A DNA stretch of 64,000 nucleotides from an uncultured Candidatus Saccharibacteria bacterium (GCA_964487045.1 CAZAOT010000002.1:195511-259510); one strand, 5' to 3'; counted from the first letter of the stretch, positions 1-8,735 are shown. Made by a program: numbers and translations. The notes: a model not told the origin generated them from the sequence alone.

Positions 1-1313
1 ATAATCTGAATTGGTGTAACGGATACTCCTTGGCCAAAAGAAATCGTTGCTCTATTAACATCCTTCCAAGTCTTGGAATTTCGCAGTTGTCCCGATGATT
101 CACCCGAGATATCAATTCCTGTTTTAAGTCCAAATCCTATCTTTGTCAAAAATTGTCCCAACATATCATTTCCAACTTTGTCAGCTATCCACACCATCCC
201 AATATTGTCCGAGTTCTCTAAAATTTGAGTTACTGTTTCAAAACCATAGGCAGTATCTGTTGAGTTATGAATTTCATAATCATCAACTTTAATCATATTA
301 CTGAACCCACCCTCTTGTTCAGACGGTTTTGAGTCTGGTTCAACTAGCTTAGCATTAACAGCAGCAGCCACAACTACTGGTTTGAAAATCGAACCAGGCT
401 CCCAGTTTTGTCCAGTAACGGGATTAACAAATATGGACTGCTTATCGCCAGTGACTTCATTGAACTTATTTGGGTCATAAGAAGGGGAGGAGGCCATCGC
501 CATTATTGCGCCATCAGTGGGGTTCATAATAATAATCGAACCGCCTTCCGCTCCATAACGATCCATGCCCTCTTTCAGTTTTTTTTCTGCCATATATTGG
601 ATAGAGCGATCTATAGAAAGAACAATGCTTGCGCCACTCTTGCCAGGCTCACTCTCTTCCACTTTGATTACTCGGCCAAGATTATCTTTGATTCCCTTTA
701 AAACTCCCTTTTCCCCTTTTAGAAGGCCGTCATAATACTCCTCGACTCCATACTTACCATTTCCGTTATAGTCGACAAAACCAAGAGTTTGAGCCATAAA
801 TTCCTTCTCAGGATAAAATCTAGAATACTGACCCTCCAGGTAGACCCCTTTGATTTCAAGCTTAGCTACCTTGTCTGCCTCCTCTTGAGTCATTCGTTTC
901 TTAAGGGGTGGTATATACCATTTGTCACAATTAATTTTCCCGAAAACCTCTTCTTCTTTTAGCCCAGTACTTTCAGCAATTTTTTTAGCAGCATCTTTTT
1001 TATCCTTGATGTGCTTAGGTACAATCGCTAGATCATAAAGTTCAAGGTCACTGGCCAAGGGAAAAATTCCAGCCTTCTTCTGATCAAGTAGATTCGAGGA
1101 ATCGTTATCTTTGATATAAATATCTCCTCGCTTCGCCGGCTGGTCGATTTTAGTATAATATTGCCTCTCCGCCATTTCTTTATATTTTCCATTATCAATA
1201 ACCTGTCTAAGAAACAACCTAACACACAACATTCCTAGTAACGCAAAAATAAAAAAGGTTAAATACTTAATCCTTTTTGCCCTGCTTCTATCTATTCGAT
1301 CGTTGTCTATCAT
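1..1313 (-). CDS. ftsI: Peptidoglycan D,D-transpeptidase FtsI / PBP2-family penicillin-binding protein. N-terminal ~437 aa lie in the window; the gene continues past the window start.
   Basis: Manual minus-strand translation from the ATG at 1311-1313 gives MIDNDRIDRSRAKRIKYLTFFIFALLGML... with a TM anchor, a PBP dimerisation region, the SxxK motif (GSIFK) and an SxN-like NSDN. The start overlaps the ftsL stop in an ATGA, and the gene sits in dcw order after ftsL. The ORF track omits it because it has no stop inside the window. Confidence 0.8.
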   Translation of the reverse strand, partial: MIDNDRIDRSRAKRIKYLTFFIFALLGMLCVRLFLRQVIDNGKYKEMAERQYYTKIDQPAKRGDIYIKDNDSSNLLDQKKAGIFPLASDLELYDLAIVPKHIKDKKDAAKKIAESTGLKEEEVFGKINCDKWYIPPLKKRMTQEEADKVAKLEIKGVYLEGQYSRFYPEKEFMAQTLGFVDYNGNGKYGVEEYYDGLLKGEKGVLKGIKDNLGRVIKVEESEPGKSGASIVLSIDRSIQYMAEKKLKEGMDRYGAEGGSIIIMNPTDGAIMAMASSPSYDPNKFNEVTGDKQSIFVNPVTGQNWEPGSIFKPVVVAAAVNAKLVEPDSKPSEQEGGFSNMIKVDDYEIHNSTDTAYGFETVTQILENSDNIGMVWIADKVGNDMLGQFLTKIGFGLKTGIDISGESSGQLRNSKTWKDVNRATISFGQGVSVTPIQI

Positions 1314-1618
1314 TGAGTAGAAGATTCCATACCCTTTTCCTGGGCTTTCTCTTGAATTATCGAAAGGGCTTTTAGACGATTTGCCTCCACTTCAAGCCTT
1401 TCTTTTTCTGCAGTTAGCTTACTATTTTCATCATCTAAACCAGAGACAATATAATTTTTCGCGGCACTCTGGCTAGATTGGGAAAGATAGAATAATGAAA
1501 AAGCGGCTAGTACTACAATAGCCAATATTTTAACCGCATTTGGGCCAAGCACAACCCTTTGTTCAACTGAACGCTTTTTTACTCCTAGATCTTTGCTTCT
1601 TTTTCCAACAATGAACAT
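1310..1618 (-). CDS. ftsL: Cell division protein FtsL-like (single TM helix plus coiled coil).
   Basis: 102 aa with an N-terminal hydrophobic helix (ILAIVVLAAFSLFYL) followed by a coiled-coil stretch. It lies between rsmH and ftsI and is translationally coupled to ftsI through an ATGA overlap. Confidence 0.6.
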   Translation of the reverse strand: MFIVGKRSKDLGVKKRSVEQRVVLGPNAVKILAIVVLAAFSLFYLSQSSQSAAKNYIVSGLDDENSKLTAEKERLEVEANRLKALSIIQEKAQEKGMESSTQ

Positions 1619-1636
1619 GTCTATCCCCTCTTATAA

Positions 1637-2524
1637 TTATTCCTGGCCCTCGCCAGAAGCACGCACAGCGACTCTGAGTTTGGCGCTTCGACTTCGGGGG
1701 TTCTCTCTTATTTCACTATATTTCGCAACGAGTGGTTTCTTTGTTAAAATTTTTATTTTTCCACTTTGTTGTAAGTTTTTAAAAGTTTGTTTCACAATCC
1801 TATCTTCCAGAGAATGAAAACTGATAACGGCTATTCTTCCTCCATCTTCCAGGCAGTCTACTGCTTCAGGAAGAACCTCTGATAATGTCTCAAGCTCATT
1901 ATTAACCGCGATCCTTAGAGCTTGAAAAGTTTTAGTGGCAGGATTAATCTTTCCCTTTTTCTTAATGGCTTTATTTATAACTTCGCTAAGCTCTAACGCT
2001 GATTCAATTTTTTTGTGCCTTCTATAATCAACGATCGCCTTTGCAATTCTTCTAGAAAGATATTCATCAGAATATTTATAAATCAAATCGGCTAACTCTT
2101 TTTCGCTCATATAATTGACCAGCTCGCTCGCGGGCGTTCCGTTGCTTCGGTCAAGTCTCATGTCGAGCTTTGGGTCCTTAAATGAAAAACCGGCTCCAAG
2201 CTCGTCGTAATGATACGAAGAAAGACCAAGGTCAAAAAGTATTTTATCGACCTTTTTAATTTTCAATTTTTTCAAGATGCGACTAATATTAGAAAAATTG
2301 TCATTTACCAGATTGATTCTTTTATCTAATTGACCTGCTTTTTCGAAAATATCTCTGTCTTGTTCTATTCCGATAACTCTCCCAGATGAGCCAATTTTTT
2401 TCAGAATTTCTTTAGTATGACCACCGAAACCATACGTTGCATCTACCACCAGGTCACCTTTTTGAGGATCCAAGTGCTGCAGAACTTCTTCGATTAAGAC
2501 GCTTTGATGGTATGATTTTTCCAT
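1637..2524 (-). CDS. rsmH: 16S rRNA (cytosine1402-N4)-methyltransferase RsmH (MraW).
   Basis: Begins ...SVLIEEVLQHL...DATYGFGGHTKEIL..., the SAM-binding signature of the RsmH family. Positioned between mraZ and ftsL. Confidence 0.9.
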   Translation of the reverse strand: MEKSYHQSVLIEEVLQHLDPQKGDLVVDATYGFGGHTKEILKKIGSSGRVIGIEQDRDIFEKAGQLDKRINLVNDNFSNISRILKKLKIKKVDKILFDLGLSSYHYDELGAGFSFKDPKLDMRLDRSNGTPASELVNYMSEKELADLIYKYSDEYLSRRIAKAIVDYRRHKKIESALELSEVINKAIKKKGKINPATKTFQALRIAVNNELETLSEVLPEAVDCLEDGGRIAVISFHSLEDRIVKQTFKNLQQSGKIKILTKKPLVAKYSEIRENPRSRSAKLRVAVRASGEGQE

Positions 2525-2742
2525 ATATTAGTTTTAATGTTCTTATTACGACACGGGCGGAAAGGTTCCTCGATAGCTTCCAAACATTGGCAGAGCCAAA
2601 GCCCAGAGAGTTAAGCCTCCGCTTGCGCGAAGAGAGGAGCCCCCCTCCTTGCCCCGAGGGGTTTTTCGGGTTAACCGCCCATGTCAATACACTCGTGAGC
2701 AGCTGACCTAAAGCCAGCACTTCACGTTGCTACTTACGAATG

Positions 2743-3195
2743 TTACACACCCAGCTCAGACAAATTTTCAATTAATTCTTCGGCCCTCTTATCAGATTTA
2801 GCCGATTCTTTTTCAAAACCTTCTTTGCTCCAAATCTCTACTCGGTCATACAGACCCAGTACCATCGCATCTTTCTTTAGCGAACCATGTTTTTTCAGAT
2901 AACCCGGTAAAACGATCCTTCCCTGATTGTCAAAGTCCACTTCCTGGGCCGACGCGAGAATTACCCTTGCGTAAAGCCGAGCTGATGATTTTGTGAGTGG
3001 TAACTCGGCAATACTCTGCGCCATTTGTCTAAACTTGTCTTTGGCAAACAAAAAGAGACAGCCATCGAGCCCTTTGGAAAGAACCGCTCCTGATTTAAAC
3101 TCCTTTCGGAATTTTGAAGGAATTGCGATTCGGTTTTTCTCATCGATTGTGTGCTCAAACTGTCCAATAAACATTGTTTCACCACTTTTCCCCAC
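2743..3195 (-). CDS. mraZ: Transcriptional regulator MraZ.
   Basis: MFIGQFEHTIDEKNRIAIPSKFRKEF... shows two MraZ/SpoVT-AbrB-like repeats. The true start is probably the internal Met at 3174 (MFIGQ...). First gene of the dcw cluster. Confidence 0.8.
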   Translation of the reverse strand: MGKSGETMFIGQFEHTIDEKNRIAIPSKFRKEFKSGAVLSKGLDGCLFLFAKDKFRQMAQSIAELPLTKSSARLYARVILASAQEVDFDNQGRIVLPGYLKKHGSLKKDAMVLGLYDRVEIWSKEGFEKESAKSDKRAEELIENLSELGV

Positions 3196-3287
3196 CTTTT
3201 ACCACTGCAATCATATTACCCCTATCAAAAGGAGTGTCAATATAGAACAAAATGCGAACATAACAGGTTTAGTACAAATAGATCAAT

Positions 3288-4385
3288 TTATTTAAAATGA
3301 TACTCGCGCGGGATAGTTGGATTTAGGCCGGTCAAAATTTCCCTAACATTGGTGTTGGCGATATTTGCAAGCTCTTGAGCAAAAACTGATTCTTCCTTTT
3401 GTGATCCAATTAGAATTACCTCTTCACCTACCCGGCAACTTATACCAGTGACATCAATCATCATCGCATTCATATTTATAAATCCAATCACTTTAGCCCT
3501 TGCCCCTCCAATAATTACTTCAGATTTATTGGAAAGAGATCGTGGATAGCCGTCAGCATAACCCACTGGCGCAATAGCAATCTTCCTAGGACTTGCCGCC
3601 TTATAGAGCCTGTTATAAGAAACTGATTCTCCTTTGGCCACTCTTTTGAGAGCAATCACATGACTTTTCCATGACAGCACTGGAGAAAAATTAGCTTGAA
3701 GTTCAGGAATCTCGCTATAGCCGTATAGGCCAAGCCCTATCCTAATCGCATCAAGCTGGCTTTCACTATATAGATAGCTAGCATTGGTCGCAGCCATATG
3801 AGCCATCGGGATTGTGATTCGTTGTTGCTGGAGGCTGAACAATACATTTTGAAATTCTCTAAGTTGCTGCGAGGAAAATTCCGGATCAAGTGCATCGGCA
3901 TAATGAGAGTGAATTCCCTCTATCTTGATATGTTCGAATTTCGCTACTTCCAAAAACTTCTCGCTCGCTTCATACGATTTAAAACCCAATCTGTTCATAC
4001 CCGTATCAACTTCAAAATCAATCTTAGCCCAGCGATTATGTTTTTTTGCTTCAAGATGAAGTAAGTAAATTACATCAAGATCATAACCTGTAAGAGTTAA
4101 GTCGAACTCGAGTGCTTTATAAAAATGTTTCGGGTCCACATATCCTAGCACCAAGATTGGTGATTTTATCTTATTAACCCTAAGTTCTACCGCTTCATCA
4201 ATTGTCCAAGTAGCAAGCTGATCGGCGCCACTAGTCCAAATTGCTCTGGCAGTTTCAACTAGACCATGACCGTAAGCATTGGCTTTAACGACACCGATGA
4301 TTTTTGTCTCAGGATAAATTATCTTTCTGATCGCTGAAAGATTGTGAACAATCGAATTTAAATCAACTTCAATTAATGAATTCAT
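3288..4385 (-). CDS. alr: Alanine racemase.
   Basis: 365 aa with the PLP-site motif VVKANAYGHG near the N-terminus and an alanine-racemase C-terminal domain. Confidence 0.85.
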   Translation of the reverse strand: MNSLIEVDLNSIVHNLSAIRKIIYPETKIIGVVKANAYGHGLVETARAIWTSGADQLATWTIDEAVELRVNKIKSPILVLGYVDPKHFYKALEFDLTLTGYDLDVIYLLHLEAKKHNRWAKIDFEVDTGMNRLGFKSYEASEKFLEVAKFEHIKIEGIHSHYADALDPEFSSQQLREFQNVLFSLQQQRITIPMAHMAATNASYLYSESQLDAIRIGLGLYGYSEIPELQANFSPVLSWKSHVIALKRVAKGESVSYNRLYKAASPRKIAIAPVGYADGYPRSLSNKSEVIIGGARAKVIGFINMNAMMIDVTGISCRVGEEVILIGSQKEESVFAQELANIANTNVREILTGLNPTIPREYHFK

Positions 4386-4391
4386 TTGTTT

Positions 4392-5111
4392 TTACATTAC
4401 CTCATCGGGTAGCAATTTTCCAAATTCATAAATGAAATGCTCGAGAATAATTTTATAGGCTTTCTCAAAAACTGCTTGGTTGGTTTTATATGAAGAAACT
4501 TGCTCAGTAGATAAGCTTGAAACTACTCTAAGAAGCTTAATCTCTTCCGGTTCTGCCAGCAGGCACTCACCCCCAGAACAATGATGGTGCGCTAACCCTC
4601 CTTTTAAGTCAAAAACAAAGTCATCGCTTGCCAAAATCTTCTTTTGACAAAAGGCGCAGTTGTCAAACTCTGGAAGCGACCCAAGATCGCGTAGTACCTC
4701 AATTATAAATTTTAAAAAAATAAGTTGACGCTTCGATAGCGAAATTGACTCAACTAAAGCACAAAGGGAAATATAAGTATTCGGATGCGCTTCGCCAAGC
4801 TCAAATAGCCTGTCTATTATCTTAAGAGCGTAAGAAATAGTCTGGGTCTTCTCATATTCACCCCTAGCGCCAAATGGATGATATATCGGATCAATTTCAG
4901 TAATAATATCAATCGATTTTGTCTTGTGCAGATGAAATCTAGCGATCGTGCCTAGATCGGAATTGGGACTTAAGCGATTTCCCGGACGCCTCGCTCCTTT
5001 GGCCAAGCCTTCTATTTTGCCTTCTTCTTTAGAAAATAATGTTAAAATACGATCTTTTTCCAAAAAATTTCTTCTTCTTAAAACTATTGCATTAACCTTA
5101 AAACTATTCAC
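4392..5111 (-). CDS. recO: DNA repair protein RecO.
   Basis: 239 aa with an N-terminal OB fold (KVNAIVLRRRNFLEKDRILTLFSKEEGKIEGLAKGARRP) and a C-terminal Cys-rich region (CAFCQ...HHHC) typical of RecO. Confidence 0.75.
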   Translation of the reverse strand: MNSFKVNAIVLRRRNFLEKDRILTLFSKEEGKIEGLAKGARRPGNRLSPNSDLGTIARFHLHKTKSIDIITEIDPIYHPFGARGEYEKTQTISYALKIIDRLFELGEAHPNTYISLCALVESISLSKRQLIFLKFIIEVLRDLGSLPEFDNCAFCQKKILASDDFVFDLKGGLAHHHCSGGECLLAEPEEIKLLRVVSSLSTEQVSSYKTNQAVFEKAYKIILEHFIYEFGKLLPDEVM

Positions 5112-5142
5112 ATAATAAACATATTAGATTGCTCCTAAAAAG

Positions 5143-5580
5143 CAATGGGCGCTCTTGACCGAAGTCATGAGCACCCTATGTGAACGGTAGCCGATACAAT
5201 GGCTACCAAGGAAGTGTTGGTGAGAGCCTTTCGGATTTTTGGCCGGCCCTCCTAGCCTCAGCGATCATTTTCTCAGGCTGATCGCAAGCAAACACCTGTA
5301 CGCAGTTGGCCGCTGTCTGGGTGCGGCGGCCCGCTCTAGCCACAGTGTGGCTAAAGCACGTGAACTAGCTAGGGATAACCCAACTTTCACTCCTCCTTGA
5401 ATGCTTTGTGCGAAGAACCCGATTGGCCCTTCGCCTCTCTTGCTTTTTTGTATCCCGCGAAAGGGATCAAAAAACCGCGCTTCGGGGCGCGGTTTCTGGG
5501 GGAAAATCATTTTAATGACTGTTACCTCAGAAACCGCCCTCCGATTTGTTTTTTGGAAACAAAAAGGACGCCCATTGGGG
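5143..5580. ncRNA. GC-rich structured non-coding RNA candidate, possibly RNase P RNA (rnpB). Strand and identity unresolved.
   Basis: About 440 nt of strongly GC-enriched non-coding sequence in an AT-rich genome. The two ends are complementary (caatgggcg at 5145-5153 with cgcccattg at 5566-5574). Segments resemble RNase P conserved regions. On plus: GGUGAGAGCC (like GGUAAGAGCGC) and CAGAAACCGCCC or GAAGAACCCGAUUGG (like ACAGAACCCGGCUUA). On minus: GGAGGAGUGAAAGUUGGGUUAUCC (like GGAGGAAAGUCCGGGCUCC). Several stable hairpins are present, including one with a UUCG loop. The 81-, 69- and 64-aa ORFs predicted here are rejected. Confidence 0.4.
5466..5495 (-). terminator. Hairpin (ccgcgc-UUCGgg-gcgcgg) with a T6 run on the minus strand. 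Either an intrinsic terminator or an internal helix of the structured RNA.
   Basis: Perfect 6-bp GC stem with a UUCG-type loop. Read on the minus strand it is followed by TTTTTTGA. Confidence 0.35.
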
Positions 5581-5676
5581 AGTGTGAATTCCTAATTGAT
5601 GTGTAATTATTATTCATAGCAAATTAAAGAATATCTAACTTGTTCTTACCTGTCAATACCAACCTTAGTATTATAT

Positions 5677-5726
5677 CGCAAAAAGCGAGGAAAGTCAAGC
5701 CCAGCCCTCCTTTTGGCAGGCTGGGC
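5677..5726 (-). terminator. Rho-independent terminator downstream of the nucleotidyltransferase gene.
   Basis: 8-bp stem gcccagcc/ggctgggc, followed on the minus strand by a T-rich tract. Lies about 90 nt downstream of the stop at 5818. Confidence 0.5.
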
Positions 5727-5817
5727 GCCGACCCCTCTCTCTAGACCCGAAAACGAACACGAACATATAGTTCGAGTGAGCTATCGAGTTAGAGGGAGCG
5801 GGTCAAGCACATTTATC

Positions 5818-6621
5818 TTAGTTCCTCGATTTAAGTATTCTCTCGGCTTCTTCCTTATCCTCAGAGGTATTTATTCCAAGCGCCTCGCTTATATCATCTA
5901 TCTCAACAGTTTCTACTTTTTCGCCCTCGGCGATGGCCATCTCTACAATAGTATTAATATAATATTCTTTTTTGACCGGACTCATCTGAATTTTTGGAAG
6001 CGATGCAAATAACCATTTATTGTTAACGACAAAAATACTGGGGCTTTTTTCGGCGATTTTAAGCTGTTCGTCGGTTGCCTCCGGAACTTCCACTATCCCT
6101 AGGACTTTTCCCTGATCATCCCTTACTACCCTCCCATAACTATCAAATTTCTCCCGATCTATAACAGTTGCAAAAGTTAAGGTTGCTCCAGTTTCGGTAG
6201 CATGATTAATCATTTTTTCAAATGTTTTTTCGCTATAGAGTGCATGATCACCGTTGGAAATAAGCGTAAGTCCTTCTTCATCCTCCAAAAGCGCTTCGGC
6301 TTGCCTGACCGCATGGGCAGTTCCCAGTTGATCCTTTTGCCAAACATACTCACTTTTATCACCTAGATAATCAATCACCTGATTACCTAGAAAGCCAACT
6401 ACTGTCACAATCCTATCAACAATCCCCTTTTCCTTTAATTTTAGAAAAGGAGAAATCGACCAGTGAATAATTGGCTTGCCGGCGACTTCAAACATAACCT
6501 TTGGCTTGTCCGAGGCACCAATCCTTGTTCCTTTTCCGGCCGCCATCAAAACTACAAATATTTTATAATTGTTAACCATAATATCTCTATTTATCTTTTT
6601 ATAAATATACCAATTATTCAC
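5818..6621 (-). CDS. Sugar-phosphate nucleotidyltransferase. GlmU N-terminal-like uridylyltransferase domain only, with no acetyltransferase domain.
   Basis: VVLMAAGKGTRIGASDKPKVMFEVAGKPII...QLGTAHAV matches the NTP-transferase G-x-G-T-R signature and GlmU/RmlA-type motifs. The real start is probably the internal Met at 6579 (MVNNYKIF...). Confidence 0.7.
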   Translation of the reverse strand: MNNWYIYKKINRDIMVNNYKIFVVLMAAGKGTRIGASDKPKVMFEVAGKPIIHWSISPFLKLKEKGIVDRIVTVVGFLGNQVIDYLGDKSEYVWQKDQLGTAHAVRQAEALLEDEEGLTLISNGDHALYSEKTFEKMINHATETGATLTFATVIDREKFDSYGRVVRDDQGKVLGIVEVPEATDEQLKIAEKSPSIFVVNNKWLFASLPKIQMSPVKKEYYINTIVEMAIAEGEKVETVEIDDISEALGINTSEDKEEAERILKSRN

Positions 6622-6905
6622 TCTTGTTCAAGGTAAACCCCGTTAGAGAAGACAGCTCATTCACTTCAATTTATTAGCAATATTAGACTGCTAGCACCTG
6701 GAACAAACAACTCACCGCCGATAGAAATCCGTGGCCCTTCTCTAACGGGGTAAAAACAAAGGGGATAGGTGTTTTTGATCGTTGGCCCTCCAGCCTTAGA
6801 TCTAAACACATATCCCCTAAATGGATAGGAAACTTCCTTCCTTGAAGTATAGTTTCCAGAAATTCATGCCCGCCTGCCTTCCCAAGAATGCAGGATAACT
6901 AAAAA

Positions 6906-6958
6906 CCCAGTGACTCTCCCGTCACTCGGCCAGTCAGCAGGACTCTCCCGTCCTGGGG
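6906..6958 (-). terminator. Compound terminator-like structure: two adjacent hairpins with identical loops, closed by an outer stem, then a T-run on the minus strand.
   Basis: Plus strand reads cccag-[gtgac tctccc gtcac]-tcggccagtcag-[caggac tctccc gtcctg]-ggg. On the minus strand the structure is followed by GGGTTTTTAG. It sits 11 nt past the stop of the minus-strand ORF ending at 6969. Confidence 0.45.
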
Positions 6959-6968
6959 CCCAAAGCTG

Positions 6969-7214
6969 TCAAGCAGCTATACCAGCAGCCTGACGCAAGT
7001 CAGAGGCGCGATTCGGGTCAACTCCTCGCTCGCGTTTGCAGCTCTTGCATCTCTCGACAAGCCTGTGACCATCAAAGATCACTCGGCGGCCCTTCTTGAC
7101 CTTGGTGCCGATGACCATCTCGCGGCACTTTCCGTCGCAGCCTTCGCATCGGCGCTTCGCCCATTCGCCCCGGTACAGGACCCTAGTTATGACATGATTG
7201 TCCGACGGCATCAT
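6969..7214 (-). CDS. Hypothetical small basic Cys-rich (zinc-ribbon-like) protein, GC-rich island.
   Basis: 81 aa with CEGCDGKC...CKSC. Part of a tightly packed same-strand array with gaps of 10-25 bp. About 60% GC. Confidence 0.4.
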   Translation of the reverse strand: MMPSDNHVITRVLYRGEWAKRRCEGCDGKCREMVIGTKVKKGRRVIFDGHRLVERCKSCKRERGVDPNRASDLRQAAGIAA

Positions 7215-7224
7215 CTGCCTCCCT

Positions 7225-7554
7225 CTACGCTATTCGTTCGATCGGTTCGCCCGATAAGCTGAACCAGTTGGGGCCATTCTGCTTGTGGGAACAGATCATC
7301 CTGTATCCCCGATCACTCTTCTCGAGCATCTCGGTGACCTGACGGCCACAATAGAATAGCATCTTCGCGATCGCGAGTAGCCTGATCTCCTCGCTCGCTC
7401 CGCCGCCAACTGCTACCCTACCGTAGGTATGCAAAAGCGGCATCGGCGTGAGAAATTCATCAAGCTGATCCGGCGTCGCGACTCCTTCCGGAATAGTGAC
7501 GAGCTGACAGACCAGCCCGCCAATCGAAACGAAACCCGTACTACAGTCTTTCAT
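7225..7554 (-). CDS. Hypothetical protein, GC-rich island.
   Basis: 109-aa ORF in the same tightly packed minus-strand array. No family recognised. Confidence 0.4.
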   Translation of the reverse strand: MKDCSTGFVSIGGLVCQLVTIPEGVATPDQLDEFLTPMPLLHTYGRVAVGGGASEEIRLLAIAKMLFYCGRQVTEMLEKSDRGYRMICSHKQNGPNWFSLSGEPIERIA

Positions 7555-7568
7555 CTAAACCTCCCTTA

Positions 7569-7814
7569 TCACTGACCGGCAGCAGGCCAGCCACCACAGA
7601 CGTTCATGGTTGCAAGGCTGTGCGTGCGAAGCTCGTATGCTCGTTTCGCGAGCTCTAGCTCTTCGGCAGTTAGCTCGATCCGACTTGTACATAGACAGGA
7701 GCGGTGGAAATCAGGTTCTTCTCCTTCTTGGTCAGACTCGACTGCGAAGACCCTGGTCTGTCCGTCACACCTACTACAGTGCTTTGCGTGCCCTAAGTCT
7801 ACAATTGCCATCAC
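7569..7814 (-). CDS. Hypothetical small Cys-rich protein, GC-rich island.
   Basis: 81 aa with CSRCDG...CLC...CGGW. Same-strand array. The overlapping plus-strand ORFs are taken as GC-rich artefacts. Confidence 0.4.
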   Translation of the reverse strand: MMAIVDLGHAKHCSRCDGQTRVFAVESDQEGEEPDFHRSCLCTSRIELTAEELELAKRAYELRTHSLATMNVCGGWPAAGQ

Positions 7815-7839
7815 TCAACCTCCAGAATTCCATCAGTAG

Positions 7840-8238
7840 TTATTTATCCTTGAACGTAACTCGCCACTGCCCTTCGACGTGATCGTAGTCTTCAACTTCA
7901 AAGACGTTTGGCTTATGCTTGACCACATCCTCCTCCTCAGGCAAACCTTCGAGAAAGCCAGCCGACCCGCATGTTGTACAGATACGCAGTCTCATCATGC
8001 AGTAGAATCGGCGCTCTAGTCTCTCCTCAAGTTCGTCAGGAGGATGATAACTGTCTAGGCGCGCAACAAACGAAGTTCCGCCACATTCACAAGGCTTTGG
8101 AACCCCGTAAATGAGCGCTTCGTGAATCAACTCTGGAGCACCCATGCACTCTCCTCCTTTATGACTCTTTTTGTCAATCTTGTCGGCTCTCGACATATGT
8201 CGAAAGCTCACAGATAGACAAACCCGCACACTTTTCAA
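7840..8238 (-). CDS. Hypothetical Cys-rich protein, GC-rich island. The real start may be the internal Met giving about 100 aa.
   Basis: Contains PKPCECGG...CTTCGSAG motifs. Has its own upstream AT-rich spacer that could hold a promoter. Confidence 0.4.
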   Translation of the reverse strand: MKSVRVCLSVSFRHMSRADKIDKKSHKGGECMGAPELIHEALIYGVPKPCECGGTSFVARLDSYHPPDELEERLERRFYCMMRLRICTTCGSAGFLEGLPEEEDVVKHKPNVFEVEDYDHVEGQWRVTFKDK

Positions 8239-8318
8239 CCTCTCGCAGTATCCCTATTCGTGAATCTGCGAATAGGTTTCAAAGTGAGGGGTTATTTTTG
8301 GGATTCTTTTTTTAAGGT

Positions 8319-8346
8319 ACAAAAACAAAAACCGGCTCGAGGCCGG
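8319..8346 (-). terminator. Palindromic hairpin (ccggc-tcgag-gccgg) preceded on plus by an A-run, so a minus-strand terminator.
   Basis: The perfect palindrome ccggctcgaggccgg has a T-run after it on the minus strand. Confidence 0.4.
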
Positions 8347-8670
8347 TAGCAATTCTTGTGTTTTATTTTACAAACTAAATCGCCCGGCCTCCGTTGTCGG
8401 TAAAATAAAACCAAAAATTAACATTCATCAATTTCATTATTTAATAATTTATCAAACAAAAAATACTCTGTCAATCCCTCACTCTTAGTCGATATTGATG
8501 TATACAATTTTAATTTGACTCATGGTGTTTGATTCAATTATCTTCTTCCTAAAAATAAAATTCGAAACGGCATCAACTATCAAACACTTTGATTTGCAAT
8601 CATGAAGATACATATAAGTTTCTTTTGATATTGCATCTGATGATGCGAATCGACTAAGAGTGAGTGATCA

Positions 8671-8706
8671 AGAAAAGAGGGCCGTTGCGTCAAGAGACGC
8701 AACGAC
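8671..8706 (-). terminator. Rho-independent terminator after the standalone LeuA regulatory-domain gene.
   Basis: Stem of 8-9 bp, cgttgcgtc-aagag-acgcaacg. Read on minus it is followed by CCCTCTTTTCTTG. Lies about 30 nt downstream of the stop at 8736. Confidence 0.55.
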
Positions 8707-8735
8707 CCGTAATCATTTTGGCAGTATTAACCCTA

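Noticed and set aside
408-701. Plus-strand 97-aa ORF (and the minus 65-aa ORF at 1028-1225) inside the ftsI region
   Set aside because: Both lie antisense to, or out of frame with, the clearly homologous PBP coding frame. The true ftsI ORF is missing from the ORF track only because it has no stop within the window.
2437-2720. Overlapping 89-aa (+) and 88-aa (-) ORFs in the mraZ-rsmH spacer
   Set aside because: Mutually exclusive overlapping frames in a GC-rich spacer. No homology. The region is better explained as non-coding.
2525-2742. tmRNA, SRP RNA, 6S RNA or 5S rRNA as the identity of the GC-rich blocks at 2525-2742 and 5143-5580
   Set aside because: No tRNA-like 3' end with a tag ORF (tmRNA), no GGAA/AGCAGCC helix-8 motif (SRP) and no 5S consensus stretches were seen by eye. 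6S RNA has no primary-sequence signature I could test, so it is not excluded. RNase P RNA remains the best guess for the larger block only.
5265-5606. ORFs of 81, 69 and 64 aa within the GC-rich block
   Set aside because: They overlap each other, lie in the structured GC-rich non-coding region, and have no homology or ribosome-binding context. Treated as GC-composition artefacts.
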